A DNA stretch of 64,000 nt from NCBI GenBank assembly GCA_043822065.1, contig JBDRCC010000007.1, positions 79,373-143,372 on the forward strand, given 5' to 3'. Below, in pieces: positions 46,941 through 56,220 of this stretch. The first letter of the stretch is position 1, and each line of letters starts with the position of its first letter. The DNA comes from an archaeon. Its GTDB lineage: Archaea > Undinarchaeota > CAZHTU01 > JBDRCC01. The translations under genes and the position numbers were made by a program. Below the pieces are notes generated by a model. That model did no database searches, was not told where the DNA came from, and saw nothing but the letters and a program-made list of their open reading frames with translations.

Positions 46941-47330
46941 ATGGTATGGCAAGGAAGGTCACTTAGAAAGCCGTCCGGCGCAAGGATTCGCTCCGCCCGG
47001 AAGAAGAGGCGGTTTGAGTACGGCAGGGAAGCCACAGAAACCAAGATAGGCGAAAGGAAAATCAAGTCAATCCGCTCCCGTGGTGGCAAGACAAGCACCA
47101 TATACCTCCAGGCAAAGTACGTCAATGTTTACAATCCAAAGACGAAGAAATGCATAAAAAGCACAATCAAGAGCGTCCTCGAGAACCCTGCTGACCCGCA
47201 CTATGTAAGGCGGAATATCATCACAAAGAACGCCGTTCTCGACACCGAAGCAGGCAAGGTCAAAGTCACGAACCGGCCGGGCCAAGAGGGCTGCGTTAAC
47301 GCGATACTGCTCGAGCCAAAATCGAAATAA
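46941..47330 (+). CDS. rps8e: 30S ribosomal protein S8e
   Basis: WQGRSLRKPSG..RKKRRFEYGR, RRNIITK, VTNRPGQEGCVNA. Confidence 0.98.
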   Translation: MVWQGRSLRKPSGARIRSARKKRRFEYGREATETKIGERKIKSIRSRGGKTSTIYLQAKYVNVYNPKTKKCIKSTIKSVLENPADPHYVRRNIITKNAVLDTEAGKVKVTNRPGQEGCVNAILLEPKSK

Positions 47331-47743
47331 TGCCAGACTGCATATTCTGCAAGATACTCGCTGGGCAAATCCCTGCGCACATGATTTACACTAACGACTC
47401 AGCCGCGAGCTTTCTAGACATAAGCCCCGCGGCGGAGGGTCATTCGCTTGTAGTCCCCAAAAAGCACTATGAGACGCTCTCAGACATTCCCTCTGAAGAG
47501 TTCAAAAACCTGATGTCTGCTGTCAAAAAGGTTGCTAACGCCGTTGTTGCTTCCACAGCGTCTACGGGGTTCAATATTATCCAGGCCAACAAGCCCTCTG
47601 CCGGGCAGGTTGTGCCGCACGTGCATTTTCATGTAGTCCCAAGGAAAGACGGCGACGGCCTGCAGATGGACTTCAACCGCAAAAGCCCCACGCCGGAGCA
47701 GCTCAAGTCGACTGCGGGCAGAATCCGGCAGGCAATCCAATAA
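47330..47743 (+). CDS. HIT family hydrolase
   Basis: DCIFCKI, GHSLVVPKKH, AGQVVPHVHFHVVPR. Confidence 0.96.
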   Translation: MPDCIFCKILAGQIPAHMIYTNDSAASFLDISPAAEGHSLVVPKKHYETLSDIPSEEFKNLMSAVKKVANAVVASTASTGFNIIQANKPSAGQVVPHVHFHVVPRKDGDGLQMDFNRKSPTPEQLKSTAGRIRQAIQ

Positions 47744-47765
47744 GATTTGTCATTGTGCGGCAGGA

Positions 47766-48038
47766 CTATTCATATATAGAATAGTTCGTGACCTTTCTGA
47801 CCCTCAGCTCTTCGGTCTTCAGCACTTTTTCGCCCTTGTGCAGCTTTACGCCCTTGTAGGGGTTCGCAGGGCAGTCGTAGCAAGCCTCAGAAATCTCATA
47901 GTCATAAGAGGGCTCGTCCTCAAAGCACCCCGACGGCATGCCTATGTGCATCCTGCCGCGGGAGCAGGAGCACTCAAAGGGCCTGAGCATGAACTCCTTG
48001 GCATGCCCGTGCTTGTCCGCCTTGTAACGCGTTACCAT
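47766..48038 (-). CDS. Small putative metal-binding protein
   Basis: 90 aa with CSC, GC and CYDCP. Confidence 0.6.
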   Translation of the reverse strand: MVTRYKADKHGHAKEFMLRPFECSCSRGRMHIGMPSGCFEDEPSYDYEISEACYDCPANPYKGVKLHKGEKVLKTEELRVRKVTNYSIYE

Positions 48039-48105
48039 AATTAAAATCTAGTTTTTGCCCTTAATAACCCTTTCTAAGCCTGCTATAAAAGTATAAAACC
48101 AGCCT

Positions 48106-49185
48106 ATGATTTATACCCTTGGAATGCAGCAGGACATACTGAAAAAATCGAGGTCCGCACGGCTCCCGCCAGGCTCGCTCGTTCAGCCCGGCGCTGGGAA
48201 AGGTATCAGCTCGAAAATTACGCTATTTGAGTACAACGGCAAGACTTATTCTGAGCGGGTTGTAAACTCTGCAGACGAATGCTTCCCCTCAAAAAAATCC
48301 TCAAACGTCAGCTGGATAAATGTCGACGGCCTGAACCCGGACGTGATAAACTCTCTTGGCAAGAGCTTTGGCATTCACCCAATGGTCCAGGAGGACATAT
48401 TGGACACAGGCCAGAGGCCCAAGACTGAGGTTTTTGACAATTACATTTATATGGTATTCAAGCAAATCCACTTCGATGCGACTGCGAACAGGATAAACGA
48501 CGAGCAGATAAGCCTTCTAATCGGATCCAATTTTGTCATCTCTTTTCAAGAGGTGCCGGGTGACGGGTTTGACCCTGTTCGGGACAGGATTCGAAAGAAC
48601 ACGGGCAGGATTCGCTCAATGGGCGCGGACTATTTGGCATACTCGCTCCTTGATGCCGTGGTCGACGAGTACTTCAGGATACTAGAGGTCCTTGGCGAGA
48701 AGATTGATGTCCTAGAAGAGGAGCTTGTGCGCAACCCGACCCCCAAGACACTGCGGACAATATATTCCCTCAAGCGGGAGATGCTTTTCCTGAGGAAGGC
48801 GGTTTGGCCCCTGAGGGAGGTAATCCTCGGCGTAGAGCGCGGTGGGGAGAGGATAATACGCAAGCCGACGTTCGTTTACCTCCGGGATTTGTACGACCAC
48901 ACAATCCAGGTCATAGACACCATAGAGACCTTCAGGGACATACTCTCCGGCATGTTGGACATATACCTGTCTAGCATAAGCTACAAGCTGAACGACATAA
49001 TGAAGGTCCTGACGATAATCGCAACAATCTTCATCCCGCTGACTTTCATAACCGGCATCTACGGCATGAACTTCCACTACATGCCTGAAATTGATTGGCA
49101 CCTTGGGTACCAGTTCAGCCTCTCCCTTATGCTGGTGGTTGGCCTCGTAATGGTGGCATACTTCAAAAAGCGCCGCTGGATGTGA
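48106..49185 (+). CDS. corA: Magnesium/cobalt transporter CorA
   Basis: WINVDG, IHPMVQEDI..QRPK, YLRDLYDH, FITGIYGMNF..MPE; start may be 48124. Confidence 0.96.
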   Translation: MIYTLGMQQDILKKSRSARLPPGSLVQPGAGKGISSKITLFEYNGKTYSERVVNSADECFPSKKSSNVSWINVDGLNPDVINSLGKSFGIHPMVQEDILDTGQRPKTEVFDNYIYMVFKQIHFDATANRINDEQISLLIGSNFVISFQEVPGDGFDPVRDRIRKNTGRIRSMGADYLAYSLLDAVVDEYFRILEVLGEKIDVLEEELVRNPTPKTLRTIYSLKREMLFLRKAVWPLREVILGVERGGERIIRKPTFVYLRDLYDHTIQVIDTIETFRDILSGMLDIYLSSISYKLNDIMKVLTIIATIFIPLTFITGIYGMNFHYMPEIDWHLGYQFSLSLMLVVGLVMVAYFKKRRWM

Positions 49186-49189
49186 GCCC

Positions 49190-49223
49190 TTAAAAAATAA
49201 GGGGCGGGCAGACTCACCCGCCC
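49190..49223. terminator. Hairpin between convergent genes, U-tract on minus strand
   Basis: AAAAAATAA then GGGCGGG-CAGACTCA-CCCGCCC. Confidence 0.55.
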
Positions 49224-49232
49224 GCCAACTGT

Positions 49233-49523
49233 TTATCTCCCGAACACCCACGCAATCAGCAACACCATCGGCGACATGAAAAAGGCAAGTATCTTGCCGA
49301 TGAGTATCGCATACACTGGGTCTATGCCTGCCGACACAAGCATAAACACCCCGGCTGCGGAAACGAACTCGTAGCAGGGCGAGACGACCCCGCTGAATGC
49401 CATATGCAGGACCTGCACTGCAATGCTGCTTCCTATCAGCAGTATCATGTAAAAGTGCAGCAGGGGATCGTCGGAGAACAGTACCAGTGCTATCACGATT
49501 TGCACGAATATAGCAGATATCAT
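49233..49523 (-). CDS. Small multi-TM membrane protein
   Basis: Hydrophobic ORF; GGGGGTGAGG SD-like element before MISAIF. Confidence 0.6.
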   Translation of the reverse strand: MISAIFVQIVIALVLFSDDPLLHFYMILLIGSSIAVQVLHMAFSGVVSPCYEFVSAAGVFMLVSAGIDPVYAILIGKILAFFMSPMVLLIAWVFGR

Positions 49524-49604
49524 TCCCCTCACCCCCACATCACTATAAAACATATATCTCTTTAAAGAATGGCTTTAAATATATAAAGAGATTATAACTT
49601 CTTG

Positions 49605-50579
49605 ATGAAACGCAAGATTCAGGAGATAGGAGGATCATTCCTCATTTCAATACCCAAGAACTGGGCAAAGCTGCACAAGCTCGCCAAAGGCGCGGACCTA
49701 GAAATAGAGCCTAATGAGAAGGGCCAGCTTGTTGTTGCGCCCATCATAGAGAAGGCAGCCCTGCGCAAGGTGCGCAAGTCGCTGAAGTACTCTCCCCATA
49801 TGGGGACTGAGCTCTTCAGGGCTTACTTCTCCGGCGCAAGCGAGATAGAAATCACGTCGGAAAACCCGTTCACGCCGGACCAGAGGGCGGAAATCAAGGA
49901 GTTTGCCGACTCGATTCTGTCAGTGGAAATTGTCGAGGAGGACGTCCGAAAAGTACTCCTCCAAAACTACGGCTACGAGCTCATGCCGATTGACCAGTCG
50001 CTAAAGCGCCTGTTCCAGCTGAGCTATTCAATGCTGAACGACGTTATGAAGGAGAAAATCACCAAACAGCTCCTGCACTCGCTGTCCGAGCGGGAGCGGA
50101 CAGTAGACAAGTTTTATTTCATGATAGTGACGCACGTCAACCGGCTTGCCGTGCTTGGCGCATATGACAAGGAGATAAGCTACGCAAAGGCGCTGCACTA
50201 CAGGATAGCAGCAGCCAGGGTGGAGATGATTTCCGACAAAATTGTTGAGATGTCCGAGCTATTTTACAATTCCCCCCAAGATATAAAGTCGGAGATGGTG
50301 CCTATTCTGGAGGAGGTAAGCCGGAAAGTCCTCGAGTTCTACAAGAGCTCCTTTGACGTGTTCCTGTCAGGCGAATACAGGAGCAGCGGAGAGCTCTGGA
50401 ACAGGATGGACGACCTGCTGGCCGAGATTGACGTCTGCCTGGAGGGCACAACCGCCCGCTGCTGTTCCGGCAGGAAGTCAAAAGCGGAGCGCAGGACCTA
50501 CTGCAGCATGCGCAAGATACTAAACAACCTGAAAGACATTTTGCGCTTTGCAAAGGACATAGCCGACCTAGCCATTTGA
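49605..50579 (+). CDS. AbrB-PhoU family phosphate uptake/transcription regulator
   Basis: [18 protein letters not shown] AbrB domain; ERTVDKFYF and RVEMISDK PhoU-like helices. Confidence 0.85.
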   Translation: MKRKIQEIGGSFLISIPKNWAKLHKLAKGADLEIEPNEKGQLVVAPIIEKAALRKVRKSLKYSPHMGTELFRAYFSGASEIEITSENPFTPDQRAEIKEFADSILSVEIVEEDVRKVLLQNYGYELMPIDQSLKRLFQLSYSMLNDVMKEKITKQLLHSLSERERTVDKFYFMIVTHVNRLAVLGAYDKEISYAKALHYRIAAARVEMISDKIVEMSELFYNSPQDIKSEMVPILEEVSRKVLEFYKSSFDVFLSGEYRSSGELWNRMDDLLAEIDVCLEGTTARCCSGRKSKAERRTYCSMRKILNNLKDILRFAKDIADLAI

Positions 50580-50646
50580 GTGCGAACGAAAGATATTTAA
50601 GAGCATTTCCTATTTTCCTAAGACCGCTTCATTAGGGGGTAAACCA

Positions 50647-51891
50647 ATGGTGAAATTTCAAAAGATTGCTCCTCCCAAAGAGGGGAAACCGATTACTTAC
50701 AGGGGAGACAAAATTGTCGTTCCGGACAATCCAATAGTGCCGCACATTGCTGGCGACGGGATTGGCCCGGACATCTCGAATGCTATGAGGATAGTCGTCG
50801 ACGCCGTAGTGAAGAAGGCATACGGCGGAAAAAAGAGGATTTCCTGGTTTGATGTTTACGCTGGCGAGTCCGCAATGGGCATGTACGGCACGCCGCTGCC
50901 CAAGGACACAGTTAATGCAATCAAGGAGTACAAGGTCGCGATAAAGGGTCCGCTCACTACTCCCGTCGGCGGCGGGATCAGGAGCCTTAACGTCTCCATG
51001 AGGCAGATGATGAACCTATACTCCTGTGTGCGCCCGGTCAAGTGGATAAAGGGCGTGCCCGCACCGGTCAAGGAGCCGGAAAAGCTGAACGTCGTCATAT
51101 TCAGGGAGAACACCGAGGACGTTTACGCCGGCATAGAGTGGAAGCAGGGCAGCAAGGAAGTGAAAAAGGTCATCAGCTTCCTCAAGAACCAGATGAAAGT
51201 CAATGTACGGTCCGACTCCGGAATCGGCATAAAGCCAATCTCGATTACCGGGACCAAGCGGCTTGTGCGCGCGGCGATAAAGTACGCGATAAAGCACAAC
51301 AAGAAATCCGTGACCATAGTGCACAAGGGGAACATTATGAAGTTCACCGAAGGCGCCTTTAGGGAGTGGGGATACGAGCTTGCTAAGGAGGAGTTCTCCA
51401 AGCAGGTTATTACCGAAGAGGACGTCAACAAGAAATACGGCGGGAAAATCCCTGCCGGCAAAATACTCTTAAATGACAGGATTGCGGACGCTATGTTCCA
51501 GCAGATCCTTCTCAGGCCGGACGAGTACGAAGTCATCGCACTCCCGAACCTGAACGGCGACTATCTGTCCGACGCCTGCGCAGCGCAGGTCGGCGGGCTT
51601 GGCATGGCGCTCGGCGCGAACATCGGGGACACCATTGCCCTGTTTGAAGCGACCCACGGCACCGCGCCGAAGTATGCCGGCCAGGACAAGGTAAACCCAG
51701 GCTCCATAATACTGTCTGCAAAGATGATGCTTGAGCACCTTGGCTGGAAGGAAGCAGCAGAGCTGATAATCCCTGCAATGGAAAAGACAATCGCGCAGGG
51801 CTATGTTACCTACGACCTTGCCCGGCAGATGGCAGGGGCGAAAGAGGTAAAGTGCTCGGAGTTTGCCAAGAAGATTGTCTCGAACCTGTGA
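50647..51891 (+). CDS. icd: Isocitrate dehydrogenase (NADP+, E. coli type)
   Basis: [75 protein letters not shown]. Confidence 0.97.
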   Translation: MVKFQKIAPPKEGKPITYRGDKIVVPDNPIVPHIAGDGIGPDISNAMRIVVDAVVKKAYGGKKRISWFDVYAGESAMGMYGTPLPKDTVNAIKEYKVAIKGPLTTPVGGGIRSLNVSMRQMMNLYSCVRPVKWIKGVPAPVKEPEKLNVVIFRENTEDVYAGIEWKQGSKEVKKVISFLKNQMKVNVRSDSGIGIKPISITGTKRLVRAAIKYAIKHNKKSVTIVHKGNIMKFTEGAFREWGYELAKEEFSKQVITEEDVNKKYGGKIPAGKILLNDRIADAMFQQILLRPDEYEVIALPNLNGDYLSDACAAQVGGLGMALGANIGDTIALFEATHGTAPKYAGQDKVNPGSIILSAKMMLEHLGWKEAAELIIPAMEKTIAQGYVTYDLARQMAGAKEVKCSEFAKKIVSNL

Positions 51892-51965
51892 GGGGCAAAT
51901 GAGGCTCTTACCTGTTTTTTCGTCGACGTTTTTTCCAGAGAAAAAAGGTCGTGTGAGGTGCTAAA

Positions 51966-53897
51966 ATGAAGGGAACGCTGGCTGAAAAGATACTGAAGGC
52001 GCACGTCGTCGATGGAAAGTTTGAGCCCGGGGCGGAAGTCGGCATACGGATTGACCAGACGCTGACCCAGGACGCAACCGGTACCATGGCCTACCTGCAG
52101 TTCGAGGCCATGGGGCTGCCGAAGGTGAAGACCGAGCTGTCCGTCTCCTATGTTGACCACAACACCCTCCAGACGGACTTCATGAACGCAGACGACCACA
52201 AGTACCTGCAGTCAGTCGCCGCAAAGTACGGCATAATCTTCTCGAGGCCTGGCAACGGCATTTGTCACCAGGTCCACCTCGAGCGGTTTGGCGTTCCCGG
52301 AAAAACTCTCCTTGGCTCTGACAGCCACACCCCCACAGGGGGAGGGCTCGGCATGATTTCAATCGGTGCCGGAGGGCTCGACGTCGCCGTCGCAATGGGC
52401 GGCGGCTCGTTTTACCTCAAGGTCCCGAAGGTCATGGGGATAAAGCTCAAGGGCAGGCTGAAGCCTTGGGTCTCCGCAAAGGATGTGATACTTGAAGTCC
52501 TCAGGCGGGTTGACGTGAAGGGCGGGGTCGGTTACATCCTCGAATACTTCGGGGACGGAGTTAAAACACTTACAGTGCCCCAGCGCGCGACCATAACCAA
52601 CATGGGCGCGGAGACTGGCGCGACGACCTCAGTTTTCCCTTCGGACGAAGTCACAAAGAAATTCATGAAGTCGCAGAGCAGGCTCAAGCAGTGGAAGGCG
52701 TTGAAGGCGGACAAGGGCGCGGAATACGACGAAGTTATTGAAGTCGACCTTTCAAAGGTCGAGCCGCTTGTTGCCCAGCCGCACAGCCCCGGGAAAGTGA
52801 CCACGGTGCGCGAGCTTGAGGGCATGCCAGTCGACCAGGTCGCAATAGGCAGCTGCACAAACTCATCCTATACCGACCTTTCCATCGTCGCTGCAACCCT
52901 GAAAGGCAAGACAGTTTCGCCCAACACAAGCCTGTGCATATCGCCAGGCTCAAGGCAGGTCATGAACACGATTGCAAAGCAGAGCTCGCTCAGCGCGCTC
53001 GTTTTAGCAGGGGCGAGGATGCTCGAGTGCACCTGCGGGCCGTGCATAGGCATGGGGCAGGCGCCGCCGAGCGCTGGCGTCTCTGTCAGGACGTTCAACC
53101 GGAACTTCGAGGGCAGGAGCGGGACCAAGGACGCGAAGGTCTACCTTGTCAGCCCCGAGACCGCGGCTGCAACCGCACTAAAGGGAAAGCTCACCGATCC
53201 GAGGAGGCTCGGCAAGTACCCGACTGTCAAGATGCCTGACAAGTTCGAGATTGACGACAGCATGCTGCTCAAGCCGCCCAAGGGCGGCAAGTCAGTCGAG
53301 ATAATCCGCGGGCCGAACATAAAGCCCCTTCCAATCAAGGAGGAGCTCCCGGACACGCTGTCCGGCGAGGTACTGCTCAAGGTTGAGGACAACATAACCA
53401 CAGACCACATAATGCCGGCAGGGGCGAAAATCCTTCCGCTTAGGAGCAACATACCCGCAATCAGCGAGCATGTATTCGAGCAGGTCGACAAGACATTTGC
53501 AAAGCGCGCCAAGGAAAAGGGCGGCGGAGTCATTCTCGGCGGGGAGAACTACGGCCAGGGCTCGTCAAGGGAGCATGCCGCGCTTGCACCGATGTACCTC
53601 GGAGTGAAGGCAGTAATCGCAAAATCCTTTGCGAGGATACACAAGGCCAACCTTGTGAACTTTGGCATACTTCCTGTGATCCTCAAGAACCCGGCAGACT
53701 ACGAAAAGATTTCACAGGGCGACATGCTGGAGATTCCAGGCGCCAGGAAATCCGTTGAGGGCGGAAGCAGGGAGCTCAAGGTCGTCAACAGGACCAAGAA
53801 CATCGAGATTCCAGTCGTGGCTGACTACTCAGAGCGCGAGAGGGAGATACTTTCCGTTGGTGGCCAGCTCAACTATACAAAGGCTAAAGCGAAATAG
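51966..53897 (+). CDS. Aconitate hydratase
   Basis: TQDATGTMA, DHN, GNGICHQ, GSDSHT, IGSCTN, CGPCIG, FNRNF, TTDHI, NYGQGSSREHAA. Confidence 0.94.
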   Translation: MKGTLAEKILKAHVVDGKFEPGAEVGIRIDQTLTQDATGTMAYLQFEAMGLPKVKTELSVSYVDHNTLQTDFMNADDHKYLQSVAAKYGIIFSRPGNGICHQVHLERFGVPGKTLLGSDSHTPTGGGLGMISIGAGGLDVAVAMGGGSFYLKVPKVMGIKLKGRLKPWVSAKDVILEVLRRVDVKGGVGYILEYFGDGVKTLTVPQRATITNMGAETGATTSVFPSDEVTKKFMKSQSRLKQWKALKADKGAEYDEVIEVDLSKVEPLVAQPHSPGKVTTVRELEGMPVDQVAIGSCTNSSYTDLSIVAATLKGKTVSPNTSLCISPGSRQVMNTIAKQSSLSALVLAGARMLECTCGPCIGMGQAPPSAGVSVRTFNRNFEGRSGTKDAKVYLVSPETAAATALKGKLTDPRRLGKYPTVKMPDKFEIDDSMLLKPPKGGKSVEIIRGPNIKPLPIKEELPDTLSGEVLLKVEDNITTDHIMPAGAKILPLRSNIPAISEHVFEQVDKTFAKRAKEKGGGVILGGENYGQGSSREHAALAPMYLGVKAVIAKSFARIHKANLVNFGILPVILKNPADYEKISQGDMLEIPGARKSVEGGSRELKVVNRTKNIEIPVVADYSEREREILSVGGQLNYTKAKAK

Positions 53898-53948
53898 CTG
53901 CAAGCCGCCAACTAAAAGCTTAAAAATGGATTGAGCCTTACGCTAAAG

Positions 53949-54419
53949 ATGAATACGACAGCAATACAAACCTATGTTGCATTGCTAGCAGTATGGTTTT
54001 TACTGGCTGGCGTAAACAGCCAGACAATCGCGTTTGGGATGTTCTCCTGCTTCATCATAGTCTATTCCACTGGTGCAAAGATTTTCAATAAGGGCGTATT
54101 GTGCAAGCTCCACCTAAAGCGGCTTTTCTGGTTCCTGAGGCACCTTCCATACTATATATGGGCTGAGATAATGTCTCACCTGCTCGTCCTAAGGATGATT
54201 TATCTAGGGGGCATAAAGCCGGAGATCATCGAGGTTCCCCTCCATACTCGAGAGGATCTGACGATAACTGCCACTGGAAACTCGGTGACAATGACGCCAG
54301 GGACTCTTACCCTTGTAGCTGACCAGAACAAGCTCTGGATTCACACCATCGACTCTGACCAAGACGTGGTTGCCGTCACCAAGAAGTTTGAGCAGAATTT
54401 TGAGGGGATGCTCGAATGA
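53949..54419 (+). CDS. mbhA: Mbh subunit A (MnhE/MrpE-like)
   Basis: IKPEIIEVPL, GNSVTMTPGTLT, LWIHTID. Confidence 0.88.
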   Translation: MNTTAIQTYVALLAVWFLLAGVNSQTIAFGMFSCFIIVYSTGAKIFNKGVLCKLHLKRLFWFLRHLPYYIWAEIMSHLLVLRMIYLGGIKPEIIEVPLHTREDLTITATGNSVTMTPGTLTLVADQNKLWIHTIDSDQDVVAVTKKFEQNFEGMLE

Positions 54420-54661
54420 TGCTTGAAGCCGTTATTGTGATACTCGTGCTTGCGGCAATACGAGCGGTAATAGGCCCGACCGTGCCCGACCGGGTTGTTT
54501 CGCTTGACTCAGTCGGCTCTATAATGATATTCATTCTTGCGTTCATCGCGTATGCGTACAAGGAGTGGTACTTGGTCGACATAGCCCTCGTATATGCGTT
54601 CCTTTCGTTTGTGGCGGTAATCGCAATCTCGCGTTACTTGCGGGGTGATTGGAGTGCTTGA
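54416..54661 (+). CDS. mbhB: Mbh subunit B (MnhF/MrpF-like)
   Basis: RAVIGPTVPDRVVSLD, DIALVYAFLSFV. Confidence 0.92.
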   Translation: MMLEAVIVILVLAAIRAVIGPTVPDRVVSLDSVGSIMIFILAFIAYAYKEWYLVDIALVYAFLSFVAVIAISRYLRGDWSA

Positions 54662-54959
54662 ATACCTCTTGTGGCTTGCGGCATTTTTCATGTTCTCGGG
54701 AGCCATAGGCATGCTCCGCTTCCCGGATGTCTACAACAGGATACACTCAAGCACACTGATAACCGTCGGCGGGGCAATGCTCGGCATTTTCGTGCTTGCG
54801 ATAAAATCCTACCCGCTTTCACCGCAGACCTCGATAAAGATGCTCCTATTGATAGCCCTTCTAATCCTGACATCGCCGGTGTCCAGCCACGCAATTGCGA
54901 ACGCTGCGTACAAGTCCGGCATAAAGCCAGTGGGGGTGAAGAGAAGTGCTCCTGCTTAG
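54645..54959 (+). CDS. mbhC: Mbh subunit C (MnhG/MrpG-like)
   Basis: GMLRFPDVYNRIH, TSPVSSHAIANAAY. Confidence 0.92.
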   Translation: MIGVLEYLLWLAAFFMFSGAIGMLRFPDVYNRIHSSTLITVGGAMLGIFVLAIKSYPLSPQTSIKMLLLIALLILTSPVSSHAIANAAYKSGIKPVGVKRSAPA

Positions 54960-55188
54960 CCTTTACTATGTTGCCGTTGTCGCTATGATTGTGATGGCAG
55001 CCATAGCCATACACGCCAAGGACCTTCTCTACGCAGTCATAATCATGGGCGGCTCGCTTGTCATGCTCTCAATAGTTTTCCTTATGCTCAAGGCCCCGGA
55101 CGTTGCAATCACCCAGGCAGCGGTCAACGGTGCTCTCGGCACGGCGCTCTACGTCTTTGCAGTCCTTAAGACCAGGAGGGACGAATGA
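54946..55188 (+). CDS. mbhD: Mbh subunit D (DUF4040)
   Basis: KDLLYAVI, LKAPDVAITQAAV. Confidence 0.9.
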   Translation: MLLLSLYYVAVVAMIVMAAIAIHAKDLLYAVIIMGGSLVMLSIVFLMLKAPDVAITQAAVNGALGTALYVFAVLKTRRDE

Positions 55189-55463
55189 GGCGCGAATCCT
55201 ATCTTGTGCTCCTGCTTGTCTTTGCAGCCCTTTTCGCATACTACTCTGTTCAGTTCCCAGCCTTCGGCTCTTCAGAGTACCTTGGCAGGGACAGGACTGT
55301 TGCGGGGCACTACCTCGAGAACACACTAACCGACACTGGCTCGTGGAACGTTGTCAGCGCAGTCGTCTGGATGTACCGGGGCTACGACACGATGGGCGAA
55401 GTCACAGTGCTGTTTACCGCGGCGCTTTCAGTCTCCTTCCTGTGGAGGATGATGCAGAAATGA
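55185..55463 (+). CDS. mbhE: Mbh subunit E
   Basis: HYLENT..TGSWNVVSAVVWMYRGYDTMGEVTVLF. Confidence 0.9.
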   Translation: MRRESYLVLLLVFAALFAYYSVQFPAFGSSEYLGRDRTVAGHYLENTLTDTGSWNVVSAVVWMYRGYDTMGEVTVLFTAALSVSFLWRMMQK

Positions 55464-55873
55464 TAATCCTCAGGACAATCGGCAGGATAATGTTCCCGTT
55501 CATCCTTGTGATGGGCGTAGCGATGGGCGCGTATGGCCACCTTACTCCGGGCGGGGCATTCCCAGCGGGAGTCATAGTGGCGACCGCTTTCCTCCTATAT
55601 TATATTACTCAGGCAGGCAGCCTGCCTGGTGACCTTGGCGCCAAGCTCTCTGACGAGTACAATGTATCGTCCGCAGGCGTCATGGGCATAATGCTCGTTG
55701 TCCTGTCCGGGCTGGTCATCCTTATGGTCAGGCCGGAGCTTGCAATAAGGTACCCCGGCGAGCTGTTCTCTGCGCTCACCGTCTTTGGGCCCAACACCTG
55801 GGGGATACTCTCAATTGGCTTGGAGCTGATTGTGCTTATACTGTGCTTCATGCCAAAGGAGCAGGAAAAATGA
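55460..55873 (+). CDS. mbhF: Mbh subunit F (MnhB/MrpB-like)
   Basis: ILRTIGRIMFPFI, GHLTPGGAFPAG; ATGA-coupled start at 55460. Confidence 0.9.
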   Translation: MIILRTIGRIMFPFILVMGVAMGAYGHLTPGGAFPAGVIVATAFLLYYITQAGSLPGDLGAKLSDEYNVSSAGVMGIMLVVLSGLVILMVRPELAIRYPGELFSALTVFGPNTWGILSIGLELIVLILCFMPKEQEK

Positions 55874-56220
55874 TAGAGTACTCTGCCTGCTTCATCCTGA
55901 TGCTCATCGGGCTGTACGCCCTCCTCATGAAGGAGAATGTTGTAAAGAAGATAATGGGGCTTTCAATCTTCGGCTCCGGGATAAACCTTCTCTTGATAAC
56001 CCTTGGGTTCAGGCACACCTTCGAGACTGCGGTTATACCAATCATCGGCCCGGAGGTCTCGTACGCCGCGCTGGTCGCGCAGTCAGTCGACCCGCTTCCT
56101 CAGGTCCTTGTGCTGACCGCAATAGTCATAGACGTGAGCGTTGTCGCTCTGGCTCTTTTCCTCGGCATAAACGCCTACAAGCAGTTTGGTACGCTTAGGA
56201 TGGAGGAGTGGAAGGAATGA
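55870..56220 (+). CDS. mbhG: Mbh subunit G (MnhC/MrpC-like)
   Basis: NVVKKIMGL, VDPLPQVLVLTAIVI. Confidence 0.93.
   Translation: MIEYSACFILMLIGLYALLMKENVVKKIMGLSIFGSGINLLLITLGFRHTFETAVIPIIGPEVSYAALVAQSVDPLPQVLVLTAIVIDVSVVALALFLGINAYKQFGTLRMEEWKE

Noticed and set aside
55103-55459. 256-aa ORF suggesting an extended MbhF
   Set aside because: The extension overlaps mbhD and mbhE in another frame; the MnhB-like sequence starts at the ATGA junction at 55460.
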